Below, piece by piece: positions 38,550 to 46,706 of a stretch of 64,000 bases of DNA. The stretch's first letter is position 1. Each line of letters starts with the position of its first letter. The notes beneath the pieces are model-generated. The model did not search any database. It saw nothing but the letters and a program-made list of their open reading frames with translations, and was not told the DNA's origin. The stretch comes from a virus. Lineage: Duplodnaviria > Caudoviricetes. The translations under genes and the position numbers were made by a program. The stretch spans positions 1-64,000 of the IMG/VR virus record IMGVR_UViG_2974702911_000001; one strand, given 5' to 3'.

Positions 38550-39482
38550 TTGAACCGTAAGCGCATTGCGGCTTTCGCGGTGGCGGCTCTGGCCGTCCTG
38601 CCTATCGTCGCGTGTTCTACGTCGGTGCCAGCGGGCGTTACTGCGGTCAAGGTGGAGGACTACGCGTTCATCCCGACTGACCCGACCGTTGAGGGCTGCA
38701 TTAAGCCTGAGACGAACGAGTACAACCCGATTGGCGGCTTCAAGGCGTACATGTACCCGGCCCGCCAGATCAGCTACGACGCGCTGGACGCGCAGGACGC
38801 AGAGGCTCCGGCCACGGTCGTCGTGTCTAACGCTTCGGCTCCGGCTGAGCTTAAGGTCCCGGTTACGGTGACGTTCGATCTGACGCAGGACTGCGAGCAG
38901 CTTAAGAACTTCCACCGTGACTTCGGTACCAAGTACCAGGGCTGGCTTAACGATGACGGCTCGGTGTCGCAGGGCTGGAAAGACCTCCTGAACTACGTGG
39001 TGGGCCAGCCGTTGCAGAACACGCTCGTTTCCATCGCGCAGAAATACGAGTGGCGCAAAATCTGGAACGACGAGGCTGTCCGGGTCGAGTTCCAGAACGC
39101 GCTTCGGGAGCGCCTGCCTAAGGCGTCGTCTGAGCGCACTAACGGCGTGGACTACTTCACCAACTTTCAGGTCACGGTCATGAAGCCTGATCCGGTGGAC
39201 GCCAACCTCAAGAGCGCGATTGTCGCGGAGCAGAACAGCATCGCGCAGGCTCGGGCGGCTGAGGCTAAGGGCGTGGCTGACGCTAACGCTGCTAAGGCCA
39301 AGGCTGAGGCTGATATCGCGGCGGCTGAGGCGCAGACGCGTGTGGCTGAGCAGGAGGCTCTTAAGCGGGCTGCGGAGATTCGCGGTTACCCGTCTGCGGA
39401 GGACTACCTCAAGGCCATCGCCATTGAGAAGGGCATCACGCCGTGGCCCTCTCCGGTGATCGCGGGCGCTCCGGCTCGCTAA
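38550..39482 (+). CDS. SPFH/band-7-like lipoprotein
   Basis: Signal peptide plus lipobox (IVAC); C-terminal Ala/Glu coiled coil typical of SPFH proteins. Confidence 0.75.
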   Translation: MNRKRIAAFAVAALAVLPIVACSTSVPAGVTAVKVEDYAFIPTDPTVEGCIKPETNEYNPIGGFKAYMYPARQISYDALDAQDAEAPATVVVSNASAPAELKVPVTVTFDLTQDCEQLKNFHRDFGTKYQGWLNDDGSVSQGWKDLLNYVVGQPLQNTLVSIAQKYEWRKIWNDEAVRVEFQNALRERLPKASSERTNGVDYFTNFQVTVMKPDPVDANLKSAIVAEQNSIAQARAAEAKGVADANAAKAKAEADIAAAEAQTRVAEQEALKRAAEIRGYPSAEDYLKAIAIEKGITPWPSPVIAGAPAR

Positions 39483-39493
39483 GTACCACAGCC

Positions 39494-39796
39494 TGCCGTC
39501 TGGCTGATGTTCGCTAAGCGCACTTAGCGGCGATAGACGGCATCGGTGGGGCGCGGCATCGTGCAAATCCGCTAATCGCGGGGAACCAAACAACGCCACC
39601 GAACCTAAGTCCCTGCCACATAGGTAAGCCGTGAGGTCGGTGGAATATGGGCACGCTTGATAACGGGGCGCGAGAGCGCGAAAGGTATCCGTCGCTGTCC
39701 GTGACGCTAAACGTCGGACTCCCAAAGACCGGGCTAGGCCGGTTAGGGATAGGACGGTCCGGTATTCCATTCCTAAGCAATGGACCCGGACCGTCC
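39494..39796 (+). ncRNA. candidate ~300-nt structured RNA upstream of tRNA-Tyr
   Basis: Six or more consecutive stems, e.g. TGCCGTCT/AGACGGCA, TCGGTGG/CCACCGA, GGACGGTCCGG/CCGGACCGTCC. Confidence 0.5.
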
Positions 39797-39800
39797 GCTT

Positions 39801-39883
39801 GTGGCGAAGGTAACTGCTGGTTTGTTACACCTGCCTGTAAAGCAGGCGCTTCGGCTTCGGGGGTTCAATTCCCTCTCGCCACA
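39801..39883 (+). tRNA. tRNA-Tyr(GTA), atypical D-arm, no encoded CCA
   Basis: GTGGCGA/TCGCCAC acceptor; CCTGC-CTGTAAA-GCAGG; long variable arm; GGGGG-TTCAATT-CCCTC. Confidence 0.8.
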
Positions 39884-39916
39884 CGCTTTACCAGTAACCA
39901 AACCCTTAAGGATGAC

Positions 39917-40312
39917 ATGAGTAAGAGCAATCTCTTTGATCAGCCGGGCGTCGAGCAGATGATTCCCGGTAAGGAACTGCCGGTGGCCGTTAAGGTGACC
40001 GGTCGCAACATGCACGCGGTGTCGCTGCTGGTGTCGGTGGCCGGTGAGCAGACTGGCGTCCGTACCGCTGTGTCGGCGTTCTTTGAGTCGGACGGCTCGC
40101 TTGATCACGTCAAGCTGACCGCGCCCGGCTACGACCAGGACGTTGAGGCCGGGGACTACCTCGTTCTGAGCGACGACAAGACGACCATCGTCGTTACGGA
40201 CCAGGAAACCTACGAGTACAGCAAGGCGCTGTTCCCGATCCTGTCCGCTGTCGATGAGGCCGTTAGCGCCGTCGCGGATGCGCTCGGTTCGACGCTGGGG
40301 CTGGTGAAATGA
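39917..40312 (+). CDS. hypothetical protein
   Basis: AAGGA RBS before ATG 39917; the longer upstream start runs through RNA elements. Confidence 0.6.
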   Translation: MSKSNLFDQPGVEQMIPGKELPVAVKVTGRNMHAVSLLVSVAGEQTGVRTAVSAFFESDGSLDHVKLTAPGYDQDVEAGDYLVLSDDKTTIVVTDQETYEYSKALFPILSAVDEAVSAVADALGSTLGLVK

Positions 40313-40554
40313 GCCTCTTCAAAAAGGCCGCAGCGCCCGTCGTCGTTAAGGCTCCTAAGACCGTGGCATCCATCACGGCGGGGCTGACCGACACGCTCGC
40401 GGAGCTTGAGGCCCACGCTGACGAGCAGACCACGCAGGCCGAGGCCCAGCGGCAAATGGCTGAGTACGCGCTGGCCGCTGCCGATAAGCACAAGGCTGAG
40501 TCTGAACTGGCGGTTAAGGTCGCCGGGAATATCAAGGCTCTGCTCGGCGCGTGA
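40309..40554 (+). CDS. coiled-coil hypothetical protein
   Basis: ATGA-coupled ORF. Confidence 0.6.
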   Translation: MSLFKKAAAPVVVKAPKTVASITAGLTDTLAELEAHADEQTTQAEAQRQMAEYALAAADKHKAESELAVKVAGNIKALLGA

Positions 40555-40809
40555 TCGGAACTGTTATGAGGCACCTGTTCGCGCTCCATTACTTCCGTAA
40601 GGAGCGCGGCAGGTTGCCAACACCCAGAGAGCACTACCGAGAGGTAACAGGTAAGTGATTCGCTTTAAGGTTCTCGGCTACACCATTGCGTCGGTCGAGT
40701 TTGAGATTCCCGAGTCCGTTGTTGAGCCGGAAGAGGCCCAGCCGGTCACCAAGCTCGCGCAACGCCTCGTTAAGGGCGTTAGCCGTCTGTGGGTTAAGGG
40801 GATGGCGGC

Positions 40810-41046
40810 GTGAGCGGTTTTGAGGGCGTAAAGAAGCGCACCGAGGAACAAGGCCGCATCGTCATCACCCTTGAGTACGACGTGTCCAAGTCGTACTGGA
40901 AGCAATACGCGGAGAGCCGCAAAGCCACTATCACTGATGCAGTCGATTGCCTGCGGCTGAACGTTCAGGATTACGAGGCTGGCGAGCTTTCCCTAGAGGA
41001 ATTAATCGACGGCGCTAGCGAGATAAGCGTTACCGCCACTAAGTAA
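40810..41046 (+). CDS. hypothetical protein
   Basis: GTGA-coupled ORF. Confidence 0.55.
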   Translation: MSGFEGVKKRTEEQGRIVITLEYDVSKSYWKQYAESRKATITDAVDCLRLNVQDYEAGELSLEELIDGASEISVTATK

Positions 41047-41057
41047 GAAAGACGACG

Positions 41058-42497
41058 ATGACCACATTCCTACGCAGCCTGCAAGAGCAGTTCAACCACA
41101 CCACGACGGAGAACGGCGCTCTGGCCCATAAGAGCAGCTTTGATCCGGTGGTGGATTACTTCGGACTGGCGGGCGCTATGCGTAACCGGGCTGAGGCTTC
41201 GGCTGACCTGTTTGAGACGGCGTTCCGCTCGGACGTGCAGGCCGCGATCCGGACCCTGTTCTATCTGCGCGATGTGCGCGGCGGTCAGGGCGAGCGCGAT
41301 GTGTTCCGCGCGGGCCTTAAGCGGCTCGTCGGCCTTAGCCCCGTTAAGGCTGGCCGGGTGTTGCAGCACGTCCCGTTCTATGGGCGCTGGGACGATCTGC
41401 TGATTGAGGGTGTGTTCCAGCACCCGGAGGTCCAGAAGATCATCCTTAACCAGTGGACGGCTGACGTTGCGGCGTACGAGCGCGGCGAGGGCGTGTCGCT
41501 GATGGCTAAGTGGCTCCCGTCCGACAAGGCGGCGAACAAGGAACTGGCTATCGCGGTCCGTAAGTCGTTGGGCTTGTCGCAGCGCGAGTACCGCCAGACC
41601 CTTAGCGCGCTTAGGTCGCGGATCGGCCTGCTTGAGCAGTCCATGTCCCGGAACGATTGGGATATCGACTATGGCAAGCTCCCGGCGCAGGCGCACCGTA
41701 AGCACGTCAAGGCGTTCCGTCGTCACGCGGAGGGTGAGTACCAGGCGTACTTGGATGCCGTCGAGCGCGGCGAAGCCAAGATCAACACGTCCACGCTGTA
41801 CCCGCATGAGCTTTACGACATGGCGACCCGTTATGGCGGCGACCGTAAGGCCGCTGACGTGATGTGGAACAACCTGCCGGATTACACGCGGGGTACGGAG
41901 GCCATCGTCATGGCTGACGTGTCGGGGTCCATGCACCAGTCGTGGAGCCAGGGCGCTAACCCAATCGCGGTGTCGGTGTCGCTGGCGCTGTACTTCGCGG
42001 AGCGGAACCAGGGCGACTACGCGGGGTACTTCATGACCTTTGCGTCCACTCCGGCGCTCATGAAGGTGCCTTCCGGGGACCTGAGCGCCCGTCTGAGCGC
42101 CATTGAGAACTCTACGGGGTGGATGGGTAGCACGGACGTTGGAAAGGCGTTTGACGCGATCCTGGCGGCTGGCGTGAAGTCAGGCACTGTCCCGGCGACT
42201 CTCTACATCATTTCGGACATGCAGTTCGACCAAGCGATTGACGACGGAAACGATACGACGTTCCAGACGGCTAAGCGGAAGTTCGCGGCTGCCGGGCTGG
42301 AATTGCCGCACGTCGTGTTCTGGAACGTTGACGCTCGGAACGACCAGCTTCCGGCGACGATCTTGGACGGCCAGGTCACCTTGGTTTCCGGGTTCTCGCC
42401 CACGGTGTTCGGGATGGCGGTAGAGGGCAAGACTCCGCGCGAGCTTGTGGACTCCGTTATCAACGGTGAGCGCTACGAGCGGATTAATCCGTTCTAA
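41058..42497 (+). CDS. Ro60-like RNA-binding protein (DUF2828-type helical domain + vWA)
   Basis: TTENGA, RDVRGGQGER, YGRWDDL, AKWLPS; vWA MIDAS DVSGSM; ISDMQFD; VFWNV. Confidence 0.85.
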   Translation: MTTFLRSLQEQFNHTTTENGALAHKSSFDPVVDYFGLAGAMRNRAEASADLFETAFRSDVQAAIRTLFYLRDVRGGQGERDVFRAGLKRLVGLSPVKAGRVLQHVPFYGRWDDLLIEGVFQHPEVQKIILNQWTADVAAYERGEGVSLMAKWLPSDKAANKELAIAVRKSLGLSQREYRQTLSALRSRIGLLEQSMSRNDWDIDYGKLPAQAHRKHVKAFRRHAEGEYQAYLDAVERGEAKINTSTLYPHELYDMATRYGGDRKAADVMWNNLPDYTRGTEAIVMADVSGSMHQSWSQGANPIAVSVSLALYFAERNQGDYAGYFMTFASTPALMKVPSGDLSARLSAIENSTGWMGSTDVGKAFDAILAAGVKSGTVPATLYIISDMQFDQAIDDGNDTTFQTAKRKFAAAGLELPHVVFWNVDARNDQLPATILDGQVTLVSGFSPTVFGMAVEGKTPRELVDSVINGERYERINPF

Positions 42498-42500
42498 AAA

Positions 42501-42529
42501 TTCCATAGTTGCGGGCTAGGCCGTAAGCT
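42501..42529 (+). promoter_or_regulatory. putative promoter for the ncRNA array
   Basis: TTCCAT-17 bp-TAAGCT; predicted start near 42536, just before module 1. Confidence 0.5.
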
Positions 42530-42539
42530 ATGCGATAGG

Positions 42540-42592
42540 TGGACACAGACAGCAATTACTTTGTTTGCATACAACAGAGAAACGTGTCCAGT
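42540..42592 (+). ncRNA. Y-like RNA module 1 (CAT-centred 7-nt loop)
   Basis: TGGACAC/GTGTCCA stem; ACAGCAA at 42549; CTTTGTT-TGCATAC-AACAGAG hairpin. Confidence 0.7.
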
Positions 42593-42600
42593 AATGCTTG

Positions 42601-42730
42601 TGGACCCCCACAGCAATTAACAACTCACAGGAAAAACTGCGGGTCGCGGGTTCAAATCCCGCCACCGGGCCATAAACCCGGTGTAGCTCAGTGGTAGAGC
42701 AGCGGTCGAAGTTAACAAACGGGGTCCAGT
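42601..42730 (+). ncRNA. Y-like RNA module 2 with circularly permuted tRNA (YrlA-like)
   Basis: TGGACCCC/GGGGTCCA stem; ACAGCAA at 42610; T-arm, then loop-closed acceptor stem, then D-arm. Confidence 0.85.
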
Positions 42731-42741
42731 TAAAGCGGTTG

Positions 42742-42798
42742 TGGACGGTAACAGCAACCTAAAACTTTCACTGCTAATGAAATCAAATTCCGTCCAGT
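42742..42798 (+). ncRNA. Y-like RNA module 3 (Ser-GCT anticodon stem-loop)
   Basis: TGGACGG/CCGTCCA stem; ACAGCAA at 42751; TTTCA-CTGCTAA-TGAAA. Confidence 0.75.
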
Positions 42799-42814
42799 TC
42801 TACCGCGCTTAGAT

Positions 42815-42846
42815 GCCGACCGTCCTCCGGGACTGGTCGGCTTTTT
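42815..42846 (+). terminator. intrinsic terminator of the ncRNA array
   Basis: GCCGACC...GGTCGGC stem followed by T5. Confidence 0.85.
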
Positions 42847-42870
42847 GCTGCCCAAACTAAGGGAGACACC

Positions 42871-43212
42871 ATGAGAAAGATCATTGGCGGCGCGCTGGTC
42901 GCTGCGGTCGCGCTGGCGCTGCCCGCGTGCGCCACGCAAAACCAGCACTGGGAGAACAACTGCAAGGTCACGTCCAAGGACACCATTTACGACAAGGATT
43001 CCGAGGGCGGCGTTAAGCGCGTTAAGCGGGTTAGCACGACGTGCGGCGCGTTTAACGTGGAGGACGCCTGGGAGGCCGGGTCCTTCAACAGCTACGACCT
43101 GTGGGCCAAGCTGGAAGAGGGCAAGGTCTACGACCTCAAAGTTGGCGGCATCCGCAACGGCTTCTTTTCCATGTTCCAGACGGTGCTTGAGGTCAAGGGT
43201 CCGAATGGCTAG
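42871..43212 (+). CDS. secreted/lipoprotein
   Basis: GGGAGA RBS; signal peptide plus LPAC lipobox. Confidence 0.7.
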   Translation: MRKIIGGALVAAVALALPACATQNQHWENNCKVTSKDTIYDKDSEGGVKRVKRVSTTCGAFNVEDAWEAGSFNSYDLWAKLEEGKVYDLKVGGIRNGFFSMFQTVLEVKGPNG

Positions 43213-43522
43213 CCGGATCGTTCGGGAGGCCATCGCTAAGTACGCGGAGGCGAAGGGCCAGGACACCGGGCTAGATACGTTCTACCCGGTGCCTAACCGC
43301 GCGATGAAGCGGGCGTTCACCTTCGGAGGCAAGAAAACCCTGATCCCTAGCGGTAACGGGGTGCCTGCGGTGCTGATGCGCGAGGGCCGGTCGCGGATTA
43401 CGAGGGGTACCTCGCGGCCTAAGCCTCGCGGCAAGGTGCTAACGGACGGCCTTAAGCCGATCTTCGTTGACGAGCACGGCGAGGTCGTGGACATGGCGAA
43501 GTTCTACGAGGCGGCGGCGTGA
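43205..43522 (+). CDS. hypothetical protein
   Basis: ATG 43205 overlapping the previous stop. Confidence 0.5.
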   Translation: MASRIVREAIAKYAEAKGQDTGLDTFYPVPNRAMKRAFTFGGKKTLIPSGNGVPAVLMREGRSRITRGTSRPKPRGKVLTDGLKPIFVDEHGEVVDMAKFYEAAA

Positions 43523-43814
43523 TCGAAGAGGCGTTGCTTACGACGGCGGTCATGCTGCTGATCATTCTGTGGCTTTTCGTGCCCTGGTATGTGATCGCGG
43601 CTATCGCGGTCGCGTTCGGCGCGGGTTTCGTCTACGGGGGAGGGACGTATGAGTTTCCGCGTAGAGGTTAAGTGCGCTAAGGGCGAGCCGCGAATCATGG
43701 TCACCGACCGTGAGCCGGTCGTCGGAAAGATCGGAACGTTAACCGTCCTTAAGGACTCGTCGTACGTGGTGTACGGGCCGGGTTATTGGCAGAGCTACAG
43801 CGTGGAGGAACACA

Positions 43815-44006
43815 ATGGAACCTAAGCACCCGATTGGCACCGTGCTCTACAAGCGGTTCCCCGACGTTGGCCCGGACGCGTTCGACGTGTTCGTGATGAC
43901 GCATTACGGGTGGGTCGCGGTTGACCAGTACGGCATTCAGACCGGCCAGTTCCCGCAGTTCGACGCGGAGACGGTCAACATCACGCCGAAGGTTAGCGAG
44001 GCGTAA
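43815..44006 (+). CDS. hypothetical protein
   Basis: GGAGGA RBS. Confidence 0.6.
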   Translation: MEPKHPIGTVLYKRFPDVGPDAFDVFVMTHYGWVAVDQYGIQTGQFPQFDAETVNITPKVSEA

Positions 44007-44983
44007 TCACCGACTATCAAGTAAAGCGAGACTACTGGGATAGGCCAATCGTCTGGCCCGAAGGGGAGACGGACCTATCCGGGGAGTGGAAAGACGGGAG
44101 GGGGCGCGATGGCAAGCCAAAGCGATGGTTCCGGCCAAGGTCCAAAGGCGCTAAGGGCTATAGCCGCGCGTCAGGTGCCGGGAAGGGGCTTGACTCCAAA
44201 GACGGCCTTGTCGATTGGGCAGCCTGTCAAGCAGCCGTTGGAATCATGTTGGATGCCTCCGCGCGCTCAGAGGTCACAACGCTTATCAACGAGTACGAAG
44301 CCGACCCTTGGAACAAAGGGGACGACGGAGGTACCCGCTCCGGTAAGCAGCGGCTTAAGGACGCAGTTGAGCAAGCGCGTAACACTGCGGGTCAGCACAC
44401 TGCTGCTTCTGCTGGGACTGAGTTCCATAAGCTCGGCGAGCTACGCAATAAAGGTAAGAAACCGCATGTCGTCCAAGAGCACCTAAAGGAACCGCTCTCT
44501 AAGTACGACGCGGCGGTTGAGCCGATTGAATTCATTAGCCAGGAAATCCTTATCGTCAACGACGCTCTGGAACTGGCTGGCTCGGTCGATTACCTCATGG
44601 GCTTGCCTCCGGGGATCACCACGCCTGACGGGGTGTTCCACGAAAAGGAATTGGTTGTGGTTGGCGACCTTAAGACGGGTCGCTGGGACGCGCGGTATCC
44701 GCTTAGCGTGACGTGCCAATTGTGCGCCTACGGGACCGGTGTGCGTTATGACCAGGAGACGAACACTCGCTCTCCGCTGCATAACCAGATCAATACCAAG
44801 TGGGGCGTCATGGTGCATTTCCCGATCATGACTAAGGACCCGGAGGTTCGCTTCTATTGGGTGGACTTGGAAATGGGCCTTAAGGCGTCTCTGCTCGCTA
44901 AAGAGGTTCAGGCTATGCGTAACCAGTTCAACTCAAAGGACGCGCAGCTTACGGAATTGGATTTGAGCAAGTATCAATGGTGA
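44006..44983 (+). CDS. RecB/Cas4-like PD-(D/E)XK exonuclease (start uncertain; ATC at 44006 or ATG at 44246)
   Basis: AGTEFH, LAGSVD, VGDLKTG, QLCAY motifs; frame open from 43997; sits next to ERF. Confidence 0.85.
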   Translation: MTDYQVKRDYWDRPIVWPEGETDLSGEWKDGRGRDGKPKRWFRPRSKGAKGYSRASGAGKGLDSKDGLVDWAACQAAVGIMLDASARSEVTTLINEYEADPWNKGDDGGTRSGKQRLKDAVEQARNTAGQHTAASAGTEFHKLGELRNKGKKPHVVQEHLKEPLSKYDAAVEPIEFISQEILIVNDALELAGSVDYLMGLPPGITTPDGVFHEKELVVVGDLKTGRWDARYPLSVTCQLCAYGTGVRYDQETNTRSPLHNQINTKWGVMVHFPIMTKDPEVRFYWVDLEMGLKASLLAKEVQAMRNQFNSKDAQLTELDLSKYQW

Positions 44984-45762
44984 ACGGAGAGCAATTGAGT
45001 GAAGAGTCCGTAAAGGCTGCGCCTAAGAAGTTCACGCTGGCTGAGGCTGAGGCCCAGATCGGTGACCTGACGGCGCTAGTGGAGGACATTCAGGCGCGCG
45101 GCGGTACCGGCGACAAGCCGACTGTCTTTGAGTCGTGGAACCGGGTAATGCGCGACGTGCAGGCGATCCGCAAAGACTCGTACAACTCGGGTCAGAAGTT
45201 CAACTTCCGTGGCATTGACGCGGTGATGAACGCGGTTGGCCCGGCGCTGCGCGAGCATGGCGTTACGGTCGTCCCCCGCGCGCTTAGCGCAGAAGCGGAG
45301 CGTTACCAGACCGCTAAGGGCGGTCAGATGTGTAACCGCACCGTGGAAATGGGCTTCCGGGTGTTCGGCCCGGCTGGCGACTACTTCGACGGCACGGCGT
45401 ACGGCGAGGCTGCCGACTCGGGCGATAAGTCGATGACCAAGGCTGAGTCGGTCGCGCTTAGGACGTTCCTGCTGCAATCGCTGATGATCCCGACTGACGA
45501 TCCGGACCCTGATGCTGAGTCGCATGAGCGGGCCACTCCGGCTACCGCTGCACGCTTGCAGGCTCCGGTTCCGGTGGGTAACGCGGACTCCGCTAAGGCT
45601 CGCGCTGAGCTTAAGGAACTGGCCGGGCAGAAGGGCTGGGACCTGAACGCGATTGCCGACAAGTTCGCAGCCGACAACAACGGCAAGTTGCTTAAGGACG
45701 CGACCGGCGAAGAGGTCACGGCCTATAAGAACCTTCTAGAGACAGGGGCGGTAACCGTCTAA
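44977..45762 (+). CDS. ERF-family single-strand annealing protein
   Basis: QKFNFRGIDAVMNAVGPAL; GEAADSGDKSMTKAESVA motif. Confidence 0.88.
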   Translation: MVNGEQLSEESVKAAPKKFTLAEAEAQIGDLTALVEDIQARGGTGDKPTVFESWNRVMRDVQAIRKDSYNSGQKFNFRGIDAVMNAVGPALREHGVTVVPRALSAEAERYQTAKGGQMCNRTVEMGFRVFGPAGDYFDGTAYGEAADSGDKSMTKAESVALRTFLLQSLMIPTDDPDPDAESHERATPATAARLQAPVPVGNADSAKARAELKELAGQKGWDLNAIADKFAADNNGKLLKDATGEEVTAYKNLLETGAVTV

Positions 45763-46030
45763 TGCTTAACAACACGATTGCGGGTGTGCCGGTTGGCCTC
45801 GTTGAGGCTCCGGCGCACCTGTTCGTGCCCTGCGAGCAGTGCTTTGAGAAAGAGGCTGAGTTCGCAGTCGGGCACTCGGATCACAAGCTGGTGTGTGAAT
45901 CCTGCTTGGACTGGGGCGACTCGCGCCGCTGGTGGCATCTTGAGCCACGTCAGGCGCTCCGGGGGAGCGGGGCTATCGGCCTGCACCACGACGCGGAGCA
46001 CGACGCTTACACGTATTGGGTGTGGGCCGC

Positions 46031-46342
46031 GTGAGCTTCCCACCTGTACTGCCTAACGCTAAGGGTGCGCCGGTCCTGTGGGACCCGCGCCAGCTTATTT
46101 CCTCGTTTGAGGACGGTAACGAACACGGCTGGCATGAGGAACTGCAATTCCTGTGGTTTGACGACCGTGAGCGGACCATGAAGCTACTGGACGAGGTTGG
46201 CGACGTGGGCCGGATCATGGAGCCGGTCACCGTGGGTCACGACCGCCGCGTGTGGGACGGCCATCACCGGATCGCTGTAGCGCTGGCGCTTAGCTTGCCG
46301 GTTCCTGTTGTGTTCGCGGAAGAACAGGAGCCTAGTGAGTGA
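46031..46342 (+). CDS. ParB-like small domain protein
   Basis: PVTV...VWDGHHRIAVA motif. Confidence 0.6.
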   Translation: MSFPPVLPNAKGAPVLWDPRQLISSFEDGNEHGWHEELQFLWFDDRERTMKLLDEVGDVGRIMEPVTVGHDRRVWDGHHRIAVALALSLPVPVVFAEEQEPSE

Positions 46343-46706
46343 GCCAACCCACGAATACAACCCGGTAAGCATTGAGCAGGAAATCCTAGCGACGGTTAAC
46401 GAACTGTCGAAGGGGATTGTCACCGCGCGTGACGCGCATGAGGCGGCGCTGGCTGCGGAGCGTGCCTACAAGCGCGCTTACGCGAAGGCGTTCATGGAAC
46501 ACAAGGGTCCGCAGACCGAAAAGAAGATCGCGGCCAACATTGTTCCTGAGGTTATGGACGCGGAGGATATGCGCGACGTTACCGACGTTGCTTATTCCTA
46601 CGCTAAGGACCTTAACAACACGCTCGGTAAGAAGTTGGACGCTATTCGCTCGGTGGGCGCTTCGGTGCGCCAGGCGTACGCGAACGCTGGCCGTGGCGAG
46701 TGGTGA
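46335..46706 (+). CDS. coiled-coil hypothetical protein
   Basis: AGGAG RBS; conserved-looking LDAIRSVGASVRQAY tail. Confidence 0.6.
   Translation: MSEPTHEYNPVSIEQEILATVNELSKGIVTARDAHEAALAAERAYKRAYAKAFMEHKGPQTEKKIAANIVPEVMDAEDMRDVTDVAYSYAKDLNNTLGKKLDAIRSVGASVRQAYANAGRGEW

Noticed and set aside
39560-39660. Group I/II intron or RNase P core
   Set aside because: Only isolated short resemblances (AATCGCGGGGAA, AAGCCGTG); the required partner elements (R/S, domain V 3' strand, P4) are absent.
38385-39770. 461-aa minus-strand ORF, and similar long antisense ORFs (6147..7082, 27073..28050, 50961..52394, 56664..57650)
   Set aside because: Shadow frames opposite well-supported genes in GC-rich, codon-biased DNA; no motifs, no RBS, Arg/Val-rich composition.
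39647-39916. N-terminal extension of ORF 39647..40312
   Set aside because: It runs through the structured RNA and tRNA-Tyr; a good RBS precedes ATG 39917.
40572-40651. Long hairpin or 30-aa ORF (MRHLFALHYF...) between small genes
   Set aside because: Ambiguous: equally explained by a small ORF or a terminator-like hairpin, with no independent support for either.
42540-42798. CRISPR array interpretation of the repeated modules
   Set aside because: The units are imperfect paired stems with structured interiors of 53-130 nt, not direct repeats with unique spacers; the nearby exonuclease is a RecB-like recombination enzyme paired with ERF.
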